Shown: piece by piece, positions 43,580 through 56,600 of the stretch
Numbering within the stretch: the stretch's first letter is position 1
Layout: each line of letters starts with the position of its first letter
Source: Bugula neritina
Taxonomy: Eukaryota; Animalia; Bryozoa
Reading direction: 5' to 3'
NCBI GenBank assembly: GCA_964035545.1
Contig: OZ037766.1
Coordinates: forward strand, 30,618,773 to 30,682,772
Length of the DNA stretch: 64,000 nt
Position numbers and translations under genes: made by a program
The notes under the pieces: model-generated
What the model was told of the DNA's origin: nothing
The model's database searches: none
What the model saw: the letters and a program-made list of their open reading frames with translations, nothing else

Positions 43580-44645
43580 AGTGATGTTAGTCTGACTATA
43601 TAGTCTATTATACTTATAGCAGTAGTATGTATGAAGTTTACATTGGGGGCAACAATTACTTCATCTATAATATCTAAATTATTGTATACTATAATACACA
43701 ATCTGCTTCTGTTATGTACTATAAACAGTTATTTTGTTTAACTGTATTACATTATTATTTAGAATATATATATTATTATGTTGGGTTACATGCATTTCAT
43801 TACAATAAAAAATCCCTGAGTAACTCTTCACTGTTTTGACATACTTGGAAAGTTTTTTCAGTTTCCTCATAAAGTTAGTGCTATGTGATAAAAAATTTTT
43901 AGAGCTTTTTAGTTTTTAGATTAACATATTTTAATATTGAAACATTATTAAGTGAAGCACTTTTAAATAAATCACACTTTTAAAAACTTGGTGATAAAAG
44001 TTTTACTTGTTTATAACGTTTTTAGTTATAATAAGACAAAAGTCTGCTACTTTAAAGTCAAAGCTGAGATTTTACTTATCCTAAATTATGTGTTACAAAA
44101 ATTTATTCTAAAGTGAATTTTTGTTGTATATTAGAATCTGGAGCAGCATTAGAATAATCAAGTATCTATGACTTTGGAATTTATGAGCAGCAACGGCGGA
44201 GATTAGAAACAGCACTGGCATTTCAAAAGTAGTTCCCAGTTTTAAATAAACAAAGTGCTGCCTTCAAAACAGTTTTAGCTTTTCCTAATAAAGCTCATGG
44301 CGAGGCTTTTTTATTTATTATCAATGTTATTGAAAATTATTGATTAAGTGGCAAATAACATCCACCAAGTTTTTATTATTATCTCTATTCTGCAGTGTTT
44401 ACAAAACAGCATCATTAAGTTGAAAAGCTGTTTGTTATCAGGTGTGAAGCAGGTTTAAAAATGTAAATAATTCTTTATTTATGTTTAAATATTATGTTAA
44501 TACAGACATTTTGGGTAATAAGTTTAGAAAGTTAGGAAAACAACCAGAGCTTTAATCAATTTAATTTCAAGTTGATTATAGACTGTTGACTCCTTAGCTG
44601 CATTTCTTGGAACCAATTAATAGTCAGCTTAGAGAGACTAAATCA

Positions 44646-47600
44646 TTAAGAATACATTTCATTTTTAGGTGGTGTTTCAAATTGACGAGACAGTGCTACT
44701 GAAGCTGGTCTACTACTATAGGGGTAACTCTTAGGTCTAGTAACAGCTTGATAGTTAGCAAATTGCTTGGTTAGTCTACCGGGTGATCGAGAAGTAGACC
44801 TCTTTGCTGATTTTTTGGATTTTAGTGATCCAAATTTAAAAGCTGCTCCTGCGATCTACAAATGAAAAAATTATGACTAAATAGTTTTGTAAAATTAAAG
44901 CAGCTAATTTTAAATTTGTTTTGAAGCACTCCGAAGAAGTTTGAAACCATATCAACTCTTTGATTAAATAAAAAAAACTATGTGCAACAATTAAACAAGA
45001 TGTTTAGGCTGTTCTAAAAAACCTTTTGATAAATATTGTTACACTAAGCCTATCAAAGTTGTATCTTGTATTTACAATAAAATAATCCACAGTTAACTTT
45101 TTGCCAAGAGATTAAACCTGATGCCAGTGTAAGTGCAAGTTTGCAAAACTATATTATATAAACAAAAAAGTAAAAAAAATAAAGTTATAAAATTTTCAAT
45201 CATGCTAGAGAGGAAAGAGTAAAAAAAATGTTTGATGCTTTTTAATATGAAAAACCTATGCTGTGAGCCTTTCTAAAAACATACAGTAAAACAATTTTTT
45301 CTTTTTAGTTTTAAAGCTAATACCAACAAATTTACCATATCATATTATTTCAAATATATGAAAAAATTTGTTGCAAACTAAAACAAATTTATGTCAAGAC
45401 TTTTACAAAACCTAAATTACAGTTTTCCAAAAGTTTTTTTGCATTTGTTAGTTTTATAAATTTTCATTGCAAGGCTAAAATTTTATTAAAATTCGATTGT
45501 TATAAAGTTGTAGCAAAAATTACAAGTCCAATCATCTTTTTTAGTAAAACCAACTCTGAAACCTCAAACATTTATCTCGCATGAAAACTACTCGTTTCTA
45601 AAAAATATAAAAAGCTAATAAAAAATCTGAGTTGACAAATATTAATTTTAAGTTCCGATTAGAACAGTTTTCAAAAGATAAAAACCCATTCAACAAATCA
45701 TTAAACGTGTTGACTTAGAGTAGAATTTTTGTGTAAAAACATGTCATGAGATAATTTCCTATTTTTAATCACTAGCAAGTTAATTTTTCCAGTTGGCTTG
45801 CAATTTCATACAGTATTATAAAACAAAAAGTAATTATTGTTGACTTTTAATGCATGATATTCTCAGCTGTTGCAACACAGTGGGCTGGCTAGTTTTAAAA
45901 ATTAAAGCGGGTTATCAAAAATCTTAAATTATTCACAATATAGGTTTGCGCAATATTTATTATAAAATGAAATTGTTTGAGCATTCAACTCTCAACTCTC
46001 CTTCAGATTATAACCAAACAGATATTATTAGTATTTCAATAGATTCTTTAAGGGGTTCCTGATACCCCCTATACAATTAGGAGTTGTGGTCTCTCACAGA
46101 AGATAGGCTGAATCTTTAGCTAAAGAGAAAACTCATTAAAAATTTAAAATTTAGCTGCTACTTGAAATTCTAATTATGCTATAGAATTGTTAATGTAGGA
46201 AATTAATATTTTGGTATAAACACACATATTAGCAGTTCAAAAAAAGTTTAAAATATTTCTTCATGGATAATTTTGGCAGAAATTATCTTGAAAGCATTTA
46301 TGTGGTTTTGGTTACTGAGTAATGCTAAAGTGGCACTTTAGCATTGCTCAGCACCAAAACCACAAAAATAAGTTCAAGCCTATTTTGCTCAACAAATTTC
46401 ATTTTGGAAGACCACAACTCTTAATTGCAAGGAGATCCATTGGGAACCTTTGAAAAGGGTCTATATGACATTAATGAAGTGTTTCGAAACTTCTTTAAAT
46501 CAACATTATTTATAATTAATAGCTTTGTCTGACATTTTTACAATAAAATGTAAGTATTCATCCTTTATTAACTTACCGCTATTATCATCGCAACAGCTAC
46601 TACAGTTGCTATAAGAACTATTGCTACTGCTCGGTTTGGATTTTGACCATCAGAGCCAGGTTTCAGTGTGGTTCCAAGGTCTGGTCCAGTTTTGGTAGCT
46701 TCACTAGAATTTGGTGTTAAAGTGCTTTGAGTTTCTGATGAATTTGTTGCATCATGACTAAGGTTTGAGAGAAAATGGCTGATTGTTGGTTGAGGCTCTG
46801 ATTCCCTTGTCATACCACTAGAGTTGAATCCTAGAGTGCTTTGGGAGTCTGATGAATTTCTTATATTACCACTATAGCTAAGTCCTAGTGTGCTTTGGAG
46901 AGTTGGTACATTTGTCATACCAGTACTAGAGCTAGATATTAGAGTGGTTTGTGGTTGTGATGTAGTGGTCGTACTATTACTGGAGGTAGATGTCAAAGTA
47001 GTTTGGGGTAGCAGTGAGTTGGTGGTACTACCACTAGAGGTAGACGTCAAAGTGATTTGGGGTGGTGCTGTAGTTGTCATACTACTACTAGAAGTAGATG
47101 TCGAAGTAGTTTGGGGTGGTGCTGTAGTGATCGTAATTCCAATGGTGGTAGATGTTGAAGTAGTTTGGGGTGGTGCTGTAGTAATCGTGCTACTATAACT
47201 GGTGGTAGACTTCAAAGTAGTTTGGGGTGGTGTTGTAGTGGTCATGCTACTACTAGAAGTAGATGTCAAAGTAGTTTGAGGTGGTGCTGTAGTGGTCGTA
47301 CTACTACTGGTGGTAGATGTCGAAGTAGTTTGGGGTGATGTTGCAGTAGTCGTACTACTACTAAAAGTAGATGTCGAAGTAGTTTGGGGTGGTGTTGTAG
47401 TGGTCGTACTACTACTGGTGGTAGATGTCGAAGTAGTTTGGGGTGGTGTTGTAGTGGTCATACTACTACTGGTGGTAGATGTCGAAGTAGTTTGGGGTGG
47501 TGTTGTAGTGGCCGTACTACTACTGGTGGTAGATGTCGAAGTAGTTTGGGGTGGTGTTGTAGTGGTCGTACTACTACTACTACTGGTGGTAGATGTCGAA

Positions 47601-50600
47601 GTAGTTTGGGGTGGTGTTGTAGTGGTCGTACTACTACTGGTGGTAGATGTGGAAGTAGTTTGGGGTGGTGTTGTAGTGGTCGTACTACTACTGGTGGTAG
47701 ATGTTGAAGTAGTTTGGGGTGGTGTTGTAGTGGTCGTACTACTACTGGTGGTAGATGTCGAAGTAGTTTGTGGCACCCGTCTATTCGTTATATCATCTTC
47801 AAAAAATGAAAAATCAAAAGCGTGTAAAATATTCAACAATATTTTTGGCTCAAATTTGATCATATGAAATTTTATCAAGCTTATTAAAAATGTGCTCTCT
47901 AACACAAATTATTGCTTGACAAAAAATATACTACAAATACTGTTACTACTTACTTGATATAAAAATATTCACAGGTGGATACCAGGACATGACTCCATAT
48001 GATGAAGAATTTACCAGAAGAACCACACTGTACACCATGCCTCCAAAAAGTCCATAGATGTGTGATGTTAAATTAACTGACCTTCTTCCTGCATATTAAG
48101 TGTTAGTAGCATTTATAATTGTAATTAATATTAGTTTCAGACATCCAAAACCGAATGTTTTTAATATTTTGTAATATATGTGCCTTTGTTTTTGAGAATT
48201 CTCATATTAACAGTATACTAAAAGTAGCCTTTAGAGTTTAGATTGAGGGCTTTGTTATAAGTCAGTTTAGATTTTTGTGTAACTTAGGCTATTTAGTATG
48301 AACTAATTTTGCAAAATGTTGTGATAGGTGCTTATATTTTTTTTATTAGCACACTGTGCATTTCTTTGTTCCATGCAATGACATGTGGGCATAATAACCG
48401 CTATTTATTTTACCTGATTCTTCTTTAAACAAATTGTAGTCGGTATCGGCGCAGCTCTTTATGTACAGCAGAAACTTCTCAATAGCTTGTTGTTGTGCCG
48501 GGATATCTTTATTAAACTCAAGCACCCAAGAAAGATTCCCTTTTTCATCATATGAAAGTCTGATCGAGTAGAGCGAATCTTCCTTCTCTCTTCAAATTAC
48601 AAACTCATTTTAGTATTCATCAACGTTTGGTTTACTGCCATCATATTATCATCTAGTTGTTTAACCAGAGTAAATAAAATCTGCTATTTTTATGAAATAG
48701 TTAAAAAACTCACTGAATAGTTTGACCTCGTCCCAGTACACACGCCTTACATGTGCTGTTGGAATTATCTGCTACAGTGTTGTTTGGACAAGTCTGGACA
48801 CATTTATTTCTTAATTTGTAGTTCTTACACTGGTTACACTCTGTGTCCAGCTGAAAGACATATAGTGAGTTATTGTAGCGAAGAACATATTAGATAATGC
48901 TTTGTTGTCTTTAAAAGCAAAACACTTTAAAACTGGTAGGTTGATAGTCTGTGAAAGGAAAAATCGGCATCGATATAAAGTAATATACACAAGATACCTA
49001 GTTGCACATGCTAGACATTATCAGTACATTGCAAGCAAAACTAACTCTCACCAACGCATCCAAATAATCACAAATGAAACATACTACAAATGATCAAACA
49101 AAATTTAATCTCTTAAAAAACTTTAAATGACACATTGATATTGCCTAATAGTGCTGATGCACCGAAATCTTTGCCAAGCAGAGAAAAATTTAGTTTAACC
49201 TGTTTAGCTATATAAGGCATAAGGTTAGAGCATTTATAAAGCAATTATTACATTTGGTAAGATTTTGCTGTTATTTAAAAACTGCAGTATAAATCAGATT
49301 TCAAATTAAAATTAAGTTAAATTTTAAATTAAAATTTCAATTTAAAAGTACAGGAAACGGTTACATAATTAAGAAAGAAAAACAAGTGCAATTTAAGTGT
49401 GACTGTGAGCTGTGATGAAGTTGCACAGTATTTTGAAACTCCTGCATGCTTTCTTTATAATTTATGGTTTTGCTACAGAAGGCTATGAAAAATTAGGAGT
49501 CATGAGATAACATTGTTTCAGCAAAATAGTAAAGCCATTGCTACAACTAAAAAGCTCAGCATAATAAAAAAAACTAGTTGTCTGTAAAAGTCTTAGTACA
49601 TACTCCGCTAAGGAAACACACAGGCTAATATAAATTGTCGGTCAATAGCAATAGGAGGTCAACCTAGTTCAACAGTCAAACTTGACAACAATAATGTTGT
49701 CTTATTTATTTACCCTACAAGCTATAGTTATAAATCATAATAAATATATCTGTGAGGTAATATTTACATAATGTAAGTTACTTCCTACATGGCATGGGCT
49801 TTAGTAATAATAAATTATTGCAACACTAAAATTATTATAAAATGTTTTGATTTAATTTGAGTCATTTTGATAATAATATAGCAAACAGAGTGCAGTGCGA
49901 AAGATTTCAATACAATATAGTACTCAGTATTTTATTGAATATATAAACCTCATTGAATCGCATGTAGAAATATCACAAAGACAGACTTACATTACCAAAA
50001 CAACCTCCTGCACACTGACTGTGACATCTGATACATTTGTTCGTCTTTGTATGAATATATAGAGGTGGGTCACATCTAGTAACACAAGTTTTGCCTAACT
50101 GGTAGCCTGCTAAACACACCCTACAGGTTGAACTAGCATGTGGGGGACATCCGTAGCACGCCCCGTTTCTATTTTGACATCCAAATTGACACAATGAGCT
50201 ACACGTTGAAAGTGAACCTGTAATCACAAGAGTGATATGAGAAAGGTTTTTTTGAGAAAGTTGATTAACTTTATTCCAAAAACTCGAATAATCAATGGAA
50301 GTCTTGAAAATATCTTTCTAAAGACCATTAATTACGTATCAATTCAAAAGCACCATGTGATGAGAGAAGAACTAATTGCTCAAACCATTCATTTCTTCAT
50401 TGAAAAAATTTAACTTTAAAGGTAAAAACCGACTTTACAAATCCTAAGGTGACTTTTATTTTAAATAAATTAAAATACATATTAAAATAAGATTAAAGAA
50501 GTTACCCCCACATGACTGAATGGTTATGCTGTTTGTAGTTGAGCTGGTTACGTGATACACTAAACTTTCTATTTCAGCTTCTGTTATTGAGCAGGTTTCA

Positions 50601-53600
50601 CGTATTTTTATGTATACCGAACCATGTACCTTCTCAAGACTATCAAATCCAAGATACGCCATTTTAGTTGCTTGCAGCGACAGGGCGTAATCTCTGTAAG
50701 AGCAAATCCTAATTTAGTAGGCTTTTGTTCTAGTACATTTGTAAATACTAAACAATTTTTATATAATTCTTATATATCTGTAGGTATAAATATATATATA
50801 ACAATAAAAGGTATTTAGCTTTACAACGCCTGTCTTTTTAAAGTTTACTAAATTATTAATCCTTCAACATAAATTTCTAATTTTTTGGCAAACCTTAGCA
50901 ATATTTTACTTTTAATAGAAATTATAAGTCTTTTAACTTATTTAAATTATTAGCAACATTTTTTTTCAAAACAACGTAAGTGATAAAGTTTTAACGCAAG
51001 TTAGTTGAGTTTTTGACATATGGTGTTAATATTGTAAATAAATTCCAATAATCAAGTGAAAGTAATACATATATATATAACGCGCGCACACACACAACAC
51101 GCACACACACGCACACAGATATACATATATACACACAAATATATAAACACACACAAATATATATGCACACACAAATGTGTATATTTGTTGACTTTTACCT
51201 TTCACATACATGTGCATTTCTAAAATCTCTACAATAGGAAGTAGTACTAAGCTCTCCTTCCCCACCAACAACCTTTAGCTTCCCCCAGAACTTTGCTAAG
51301 TCTACATGGGTGTTCCCTTGAAACCTGAACACCGCAGAACCTGTGATATGCTCCATGTGTTGAGTGACACTTTCTATGTGATCGTCGGACATCACTGTAA
51401 ACCAAAATTAAATTCATACAAGAAAATTACCTTAAGCCTTAAATTATTGCAACAATATATTATGTTACTAAATTATTACGATCTTATACTATATTATACT
51501 ACTGTATTGCAAATGTCTATTATTTTTTAACTTAAACTGAGGTTACAAATTTACAATAAAATATTCATTTAAAATAAAACTTAGCTAAAGAATTTTTTGT
51601 CTCAACACAAGAAAATTGTATTTTGAAATCGTACAAGCAAATGGCCAACAGTAGAATAAATAAATATATGTACATCGGCAAGCTTCAAACATTTGAATGA
51701 GTCAGTAATGGGTAAAAATTTGAAAGTAATAATTATACTCTTATTAAAAAATTTGTTTAAAACTAGCTTCCAGGCAAGAATGGAAAGTTTATTATAAATA
51801 CTCGGCTAAAAGCCATAAAATTCTCTGTTTATGTATTTTTAATATTTACAATGTTATATTTGCGTCTACATTGAAGACACCCTTTTCCAATTCTGAATTG
51901 AAAAAATTAGAAAAAATTATACTAAAGTAGTGTGACAACATCAATAGCTATTACCTAAATTGTCGGCAATCACATGACCCTTGACATGTGTACACCTAGT
52001 TTCCTGTTCACGTAAAGATATAGCTGTCCAGTCCACATGACTAAAGTCACACCACTTCTTGCAAGCTCCTTCACATTCAACACATCTCCGGTTAACATCT
52101 GGTAAATATCCTGCTGGACATTCTGTGGTGCAGGTTCCATCATCATGCTTGAAATACCCAACTAGAAAGTTTACAGAAAAGTATTAGCCTAATAGGAATT
52201 TTTGTGCGTGTGCTGTGCGCCTGTGTGTGTGTGTGTGTGTCTGTGTGTGGTATTGATTACACTAGAAGTTAAACTTGTGACAATCAACTTTTTATATGGT
52301 CTTCACAAACCCAACAAAACATAATAGTTCCATGCTTTCCTTATCTTTGTTTGTTCCAATTCTCATTAGGCTCTTCATCTCAGCACTGCCAAAACAGTTA
52401 TTATGATAAACTTTATAAGAGAGGCTAACTTACTGCTTTGCTCATCATACTCGTAGATCTCTATTTCTGTAAACAAGAATCTCTCATTTCCCACTGCGGA
52501 GATTCCAAATTGATTCGTAAAAGGATGTTTTTCTGTTCCATCTTCATGTTTGCACACGACATGAAATACTCTGCTTTGTGGAATTTTCTTCACTTGAATA
52601 CACAACTCCCAACCAGCATCGTAGGACTCAGGATGGCTAATGGCGTACGAAGCATGAGCAGCATTGGTAGTCACCGTAAATGGCTTGAAAACGTGCAGTA
52701 GAGCTTGAAAAAAGCAACATAGTTGTGATTCATAAATAAACAAGCTGCAATTTAAAGTGTTTGATTCATTTGTCCTCAGGTTTGAAATATGCTCCTACAA
52801 CATGCTTTGAATACGGCATAAGGTATTGCAATGACAAAATAAGGAAATGTATTTTTAGAATGCTGCAATAACTGTGTCTCATTGCTGTCACAAGGCTAGT
52901 TGGCAGTTGTCAAAAGTTTTTCCGAATTCACCAAAAATATCTGTAAAAGTAAGTTTCAGGAACCACTTCATTAAGTCATAAAAAATAGATAAATAAATAA
53001 ATGCAGTCAAAAAAATTGTGGCTTGATTTAGAAAAGATAGCTGAGTTACGTTAATATGTATAAAAAAGTAACATAATTTATTATACAATAGGCCTATATG
53101 AAATTCTTTCCCGCCAATTCCATCCATTCCAATTGTATTTGCAGCAACATTTGCTTTGAGTTATTTTAAACTGAACTGAACTGAACTGACTTATGTAACA
53201 TTTGTTTAGATGAGATCATTAGAATATTTATAAAATGCTTGTTCATCAAATACTAAAACCATAATATAATTATTTTTCAAAATATGAAAAACAATATGCC
53301 GTCATAGAGAATAGTTAAAGTCTTATAAAATTACACACATATAGGTCACTCCTCATCTACTGTAATAACGTTACTCAAATTAGGTTATTTTTTAATTTGA
53401 TTTTTTTTGAAAAGATGGATATTCTAGACCAGACATGTAGCAGCAAACATATGCTGAGTACTAAAAAAAATTCTACTAGCATTCTTAAGAACTCTGTAAT
53501 ACTTGTAAAACAAAAGATCCTTACAACATGTTTGTGTGTATTATAACATAATCTGAAAATTAAATTTAATACAACACTTGTAGTTTTCTTAGACTATAGC

Positions 53601-56600
53601 TCTCCGCTAGTTGATACTTACTGCAATATCCCGAGCTACACTGACTAGGGAGATACAGAACTGCGTGGGAAAGTTGTATCAACTTATTTGGGATTACAAT
53701 AATAATCCATGCCCAGTGATTTAAGTAGCCATCAGCTTTTTGAAATATAGGTATGTCTGTTTGTCCATCATTTAACAGAGATGGGTTATTTCTCCTATAC
53801 CCAGGTTCTGACTCAGATATCGTTTGGTATGCATAATTTTTACCTCCTGAAACAAATACAACTTTATATAGAACAAAATTCTGCAAAACTTTTCTTGGGG
53901 TAAATTTTTATGTTTAAACTTAGATATGAGCTTTTCAGCTTAAAATTTACTATGTTTGTCAGTTTTGCTTGCTGGCTGAGCAAGCAAAAGATGGTTGCAC
54001 CACAAGTTGAAAAAATGATCACAATTTACAATCAACTTCAAATTCTCAAACATATTTACAATACATATTACTACTTGGCCTACAAATAAAAGAATTATGT
54101 TTAAGAAGAGCTCACCTATACCAAAAACTTCAACTTTTTTTAACACCAGACCAGGTGAATCTTTCCCAGCTACAATAATGAACTGTCTAGTCAGTCTGTG
54201 TGGGTCACCACTATCACAGGTTATTATTGATTTTGGTTCAAGTTCGTTGCCTTGAAATTTACACAAATCTGTATCTGGAAGAAGGTGAGGAGGTGCGCGT
54301 TGTAGTCTGTCACTACGTAAAGTAGTCAAATATGTTACATCTTTCAGTGTGTAGGGTCCTAAAAGATATTCACTGTAATTATCATAAGTATTAGCGCCAG
54401 TTTTGGTCTTTGTACAAATAACTTTCAAATGTTTTTGCCGGTATATGAGCTCTACACAGTATCGCTGTATAGCAACTGACTATTAGGTAGGCCAAGTATA
54501 GATTACTTCAGATATAGTAATGAAATACAACATTTTGGTTAGTTAGTTTGTTAAAACATAAATACAAGTCTCACATGACTGCTTACAAGCAGATATATTT
54601 TTACCGGGTACATTCAGACACCGCCGTGCATCTACAGTAGTTCCTACTTCAACTATAGCATAGTAGAACCTGATGTTAGTCTTCAAAACAACAGACCAAT
54701 ATCCATAGTCTTTTTTTAGTCCAATAAATACAGAAGTAGGTTGTGGTTTGAGAGCATTAGAAGATGGGAAGGCAATATTCGCCCCATTCTGCCATATTGT
54801 GCACTCATCGGAACTGTAGGTAGTATTGGACTGATCTTTTCCTTCTACAAAAGTTGTCATAGAAGTGCTTATATAAAGACTGCCTACAATTACTAGATTT
54901 TGTCATAAAGCATATGGTAACTTCTCTGACTAGAAGAGTGCTCGTTTAAGATATACTCAGCATACCTGGACATTCATTTACACAGAACTTATCCTTGATA
55001 CTGTAATGTCTGTCAGGATGATCAACAAACTCATTAGAGAGGATATCATAAACTTTCCCTGAATGAACTTGAGAACAACTTTCAACGCAAGCACCAGATG
55101 GAAACACATAGAACCCGGTACAGCCTTCAAACTACGAAATAATAATATGTGTAAGTTATTTTATTCTAGGCTTTTATTATATAGCTACAGTTTAATTTTG
55201 TTTTCAATATAAATCTAGCTTCTATAAGCACATTTTTTAACATATACAAGTCTATACCCGCAATTTAGCTTCATATATAACAATATCTATTAATTGGGTT
55301 TTTGAAAATTAGCTATTGAAAGCACTTTTAAGGCACAAAATAAATCTTCAAATAACAGATAAACTCATTGGTCAATCAAAACAGTTACAGTTATACAGTC
55401 AGATTTGAATAGATCATTGATTAGATAGTAGTTCTCTTTTAAGACTAGTTGACAGTACCCTTTTAACAATCGGTTCTACTTTAATCAAACTAGGCTTAAA
55501 AATATAAACTAATCTTCAGAAGTTTAAAACAGTAATTTTGAAAACAAATTTATTAGCATGCAAAAGTAAGAAGCTGTTTTATTATATTTGGTTGTTCTTC
55601 AATCAACATATTAAGTTTACAAGTAAACTTTGCAAACTAGAAACTTGAATTCTGTAGTAAAGACCTCCTACATACCCTGATAAGATCCACACTTATTGAT
55701 AAAAGAAATTAGTAGTGATGAATTTACCCAGTGGTCCCGTGGTGTAATCGTTAGCACACTTGCTTGCAAGCCAGATGTCTCGGGTTCGATTCCCAGTAGG
55801 AGCAAAATTATTTTTCAAGCTTTCGGCTTTAGTGAAGTGTAGTGGTAATACTCCGAGGGAGTTGAGAGGTTAGAGCTGCCTGAACACTGAAGGAGTAGTA
55901 GATAGGCCAGTGGAGTTCAGAGAACTGGGTGGGATATAGTGATGATGTTATCCAATGGTTTCCGTGGTGTAATGGTTAGCACACTTGCTTGCAAGCCAGA
56001 GGTCTCGGGTTTTATTCCCAGTGGGCGCAATTATTATGGAATGAAATTTTATGATTTCAACCTCCACTCCCCCCCCCCCCCTCTTTATAAGTGTCGGGAA
56101 AGAAATCATTTTGATAGCAACTATGTGATTAATTTCCGATAAACCGATCTGAAATATCAAATTACAGACTTTAAAAAAACTTCAATTCCTAAAATCAGGT
56201 ATTTATACATTTGATAGAGGTTAAGTGAACTTTGTGATGAACATAAAAGTTACTAAACGCCAATAGAATAGCTAATATATAATCAGACACATACCCTGAG
56301 ACAGCCATCTCTACCAGGTCCTCTACATCCGGTGAGACAACTATCATGACAACAATGATGCTTTGTGTTATGATAACAGCCAGTAGTACAACTTGAATGA
56401 CAGTTTGTAAAGTCTATTTGACAGTCTTCTGCATCTGGTCCCCAGCAGTTGTTTCCCAAACAAGATGGATGACACTGCCCTACATTTGACAAGTTGCAAC
56501 AGTTACTTTATTATGTTGTGAAAGTCGAATAAAGTTGTATCAAATGCTGCTCAGATATTTTTAAAAACCAAAAAGCCCCATAGTGTTCTGTAAAAATACA

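Noticed and set aside
46890-47867. Val-rich plus-strand ORFs (also 3956-4230)
   Set aside because: Antisense shadows of the Ser/Thr mucin repeat.
55733-56029. Functional tRNA genes
   Set aside because: Acceptor and anticodon stems do not pair properly; kept as pseudogene/SINE-like.
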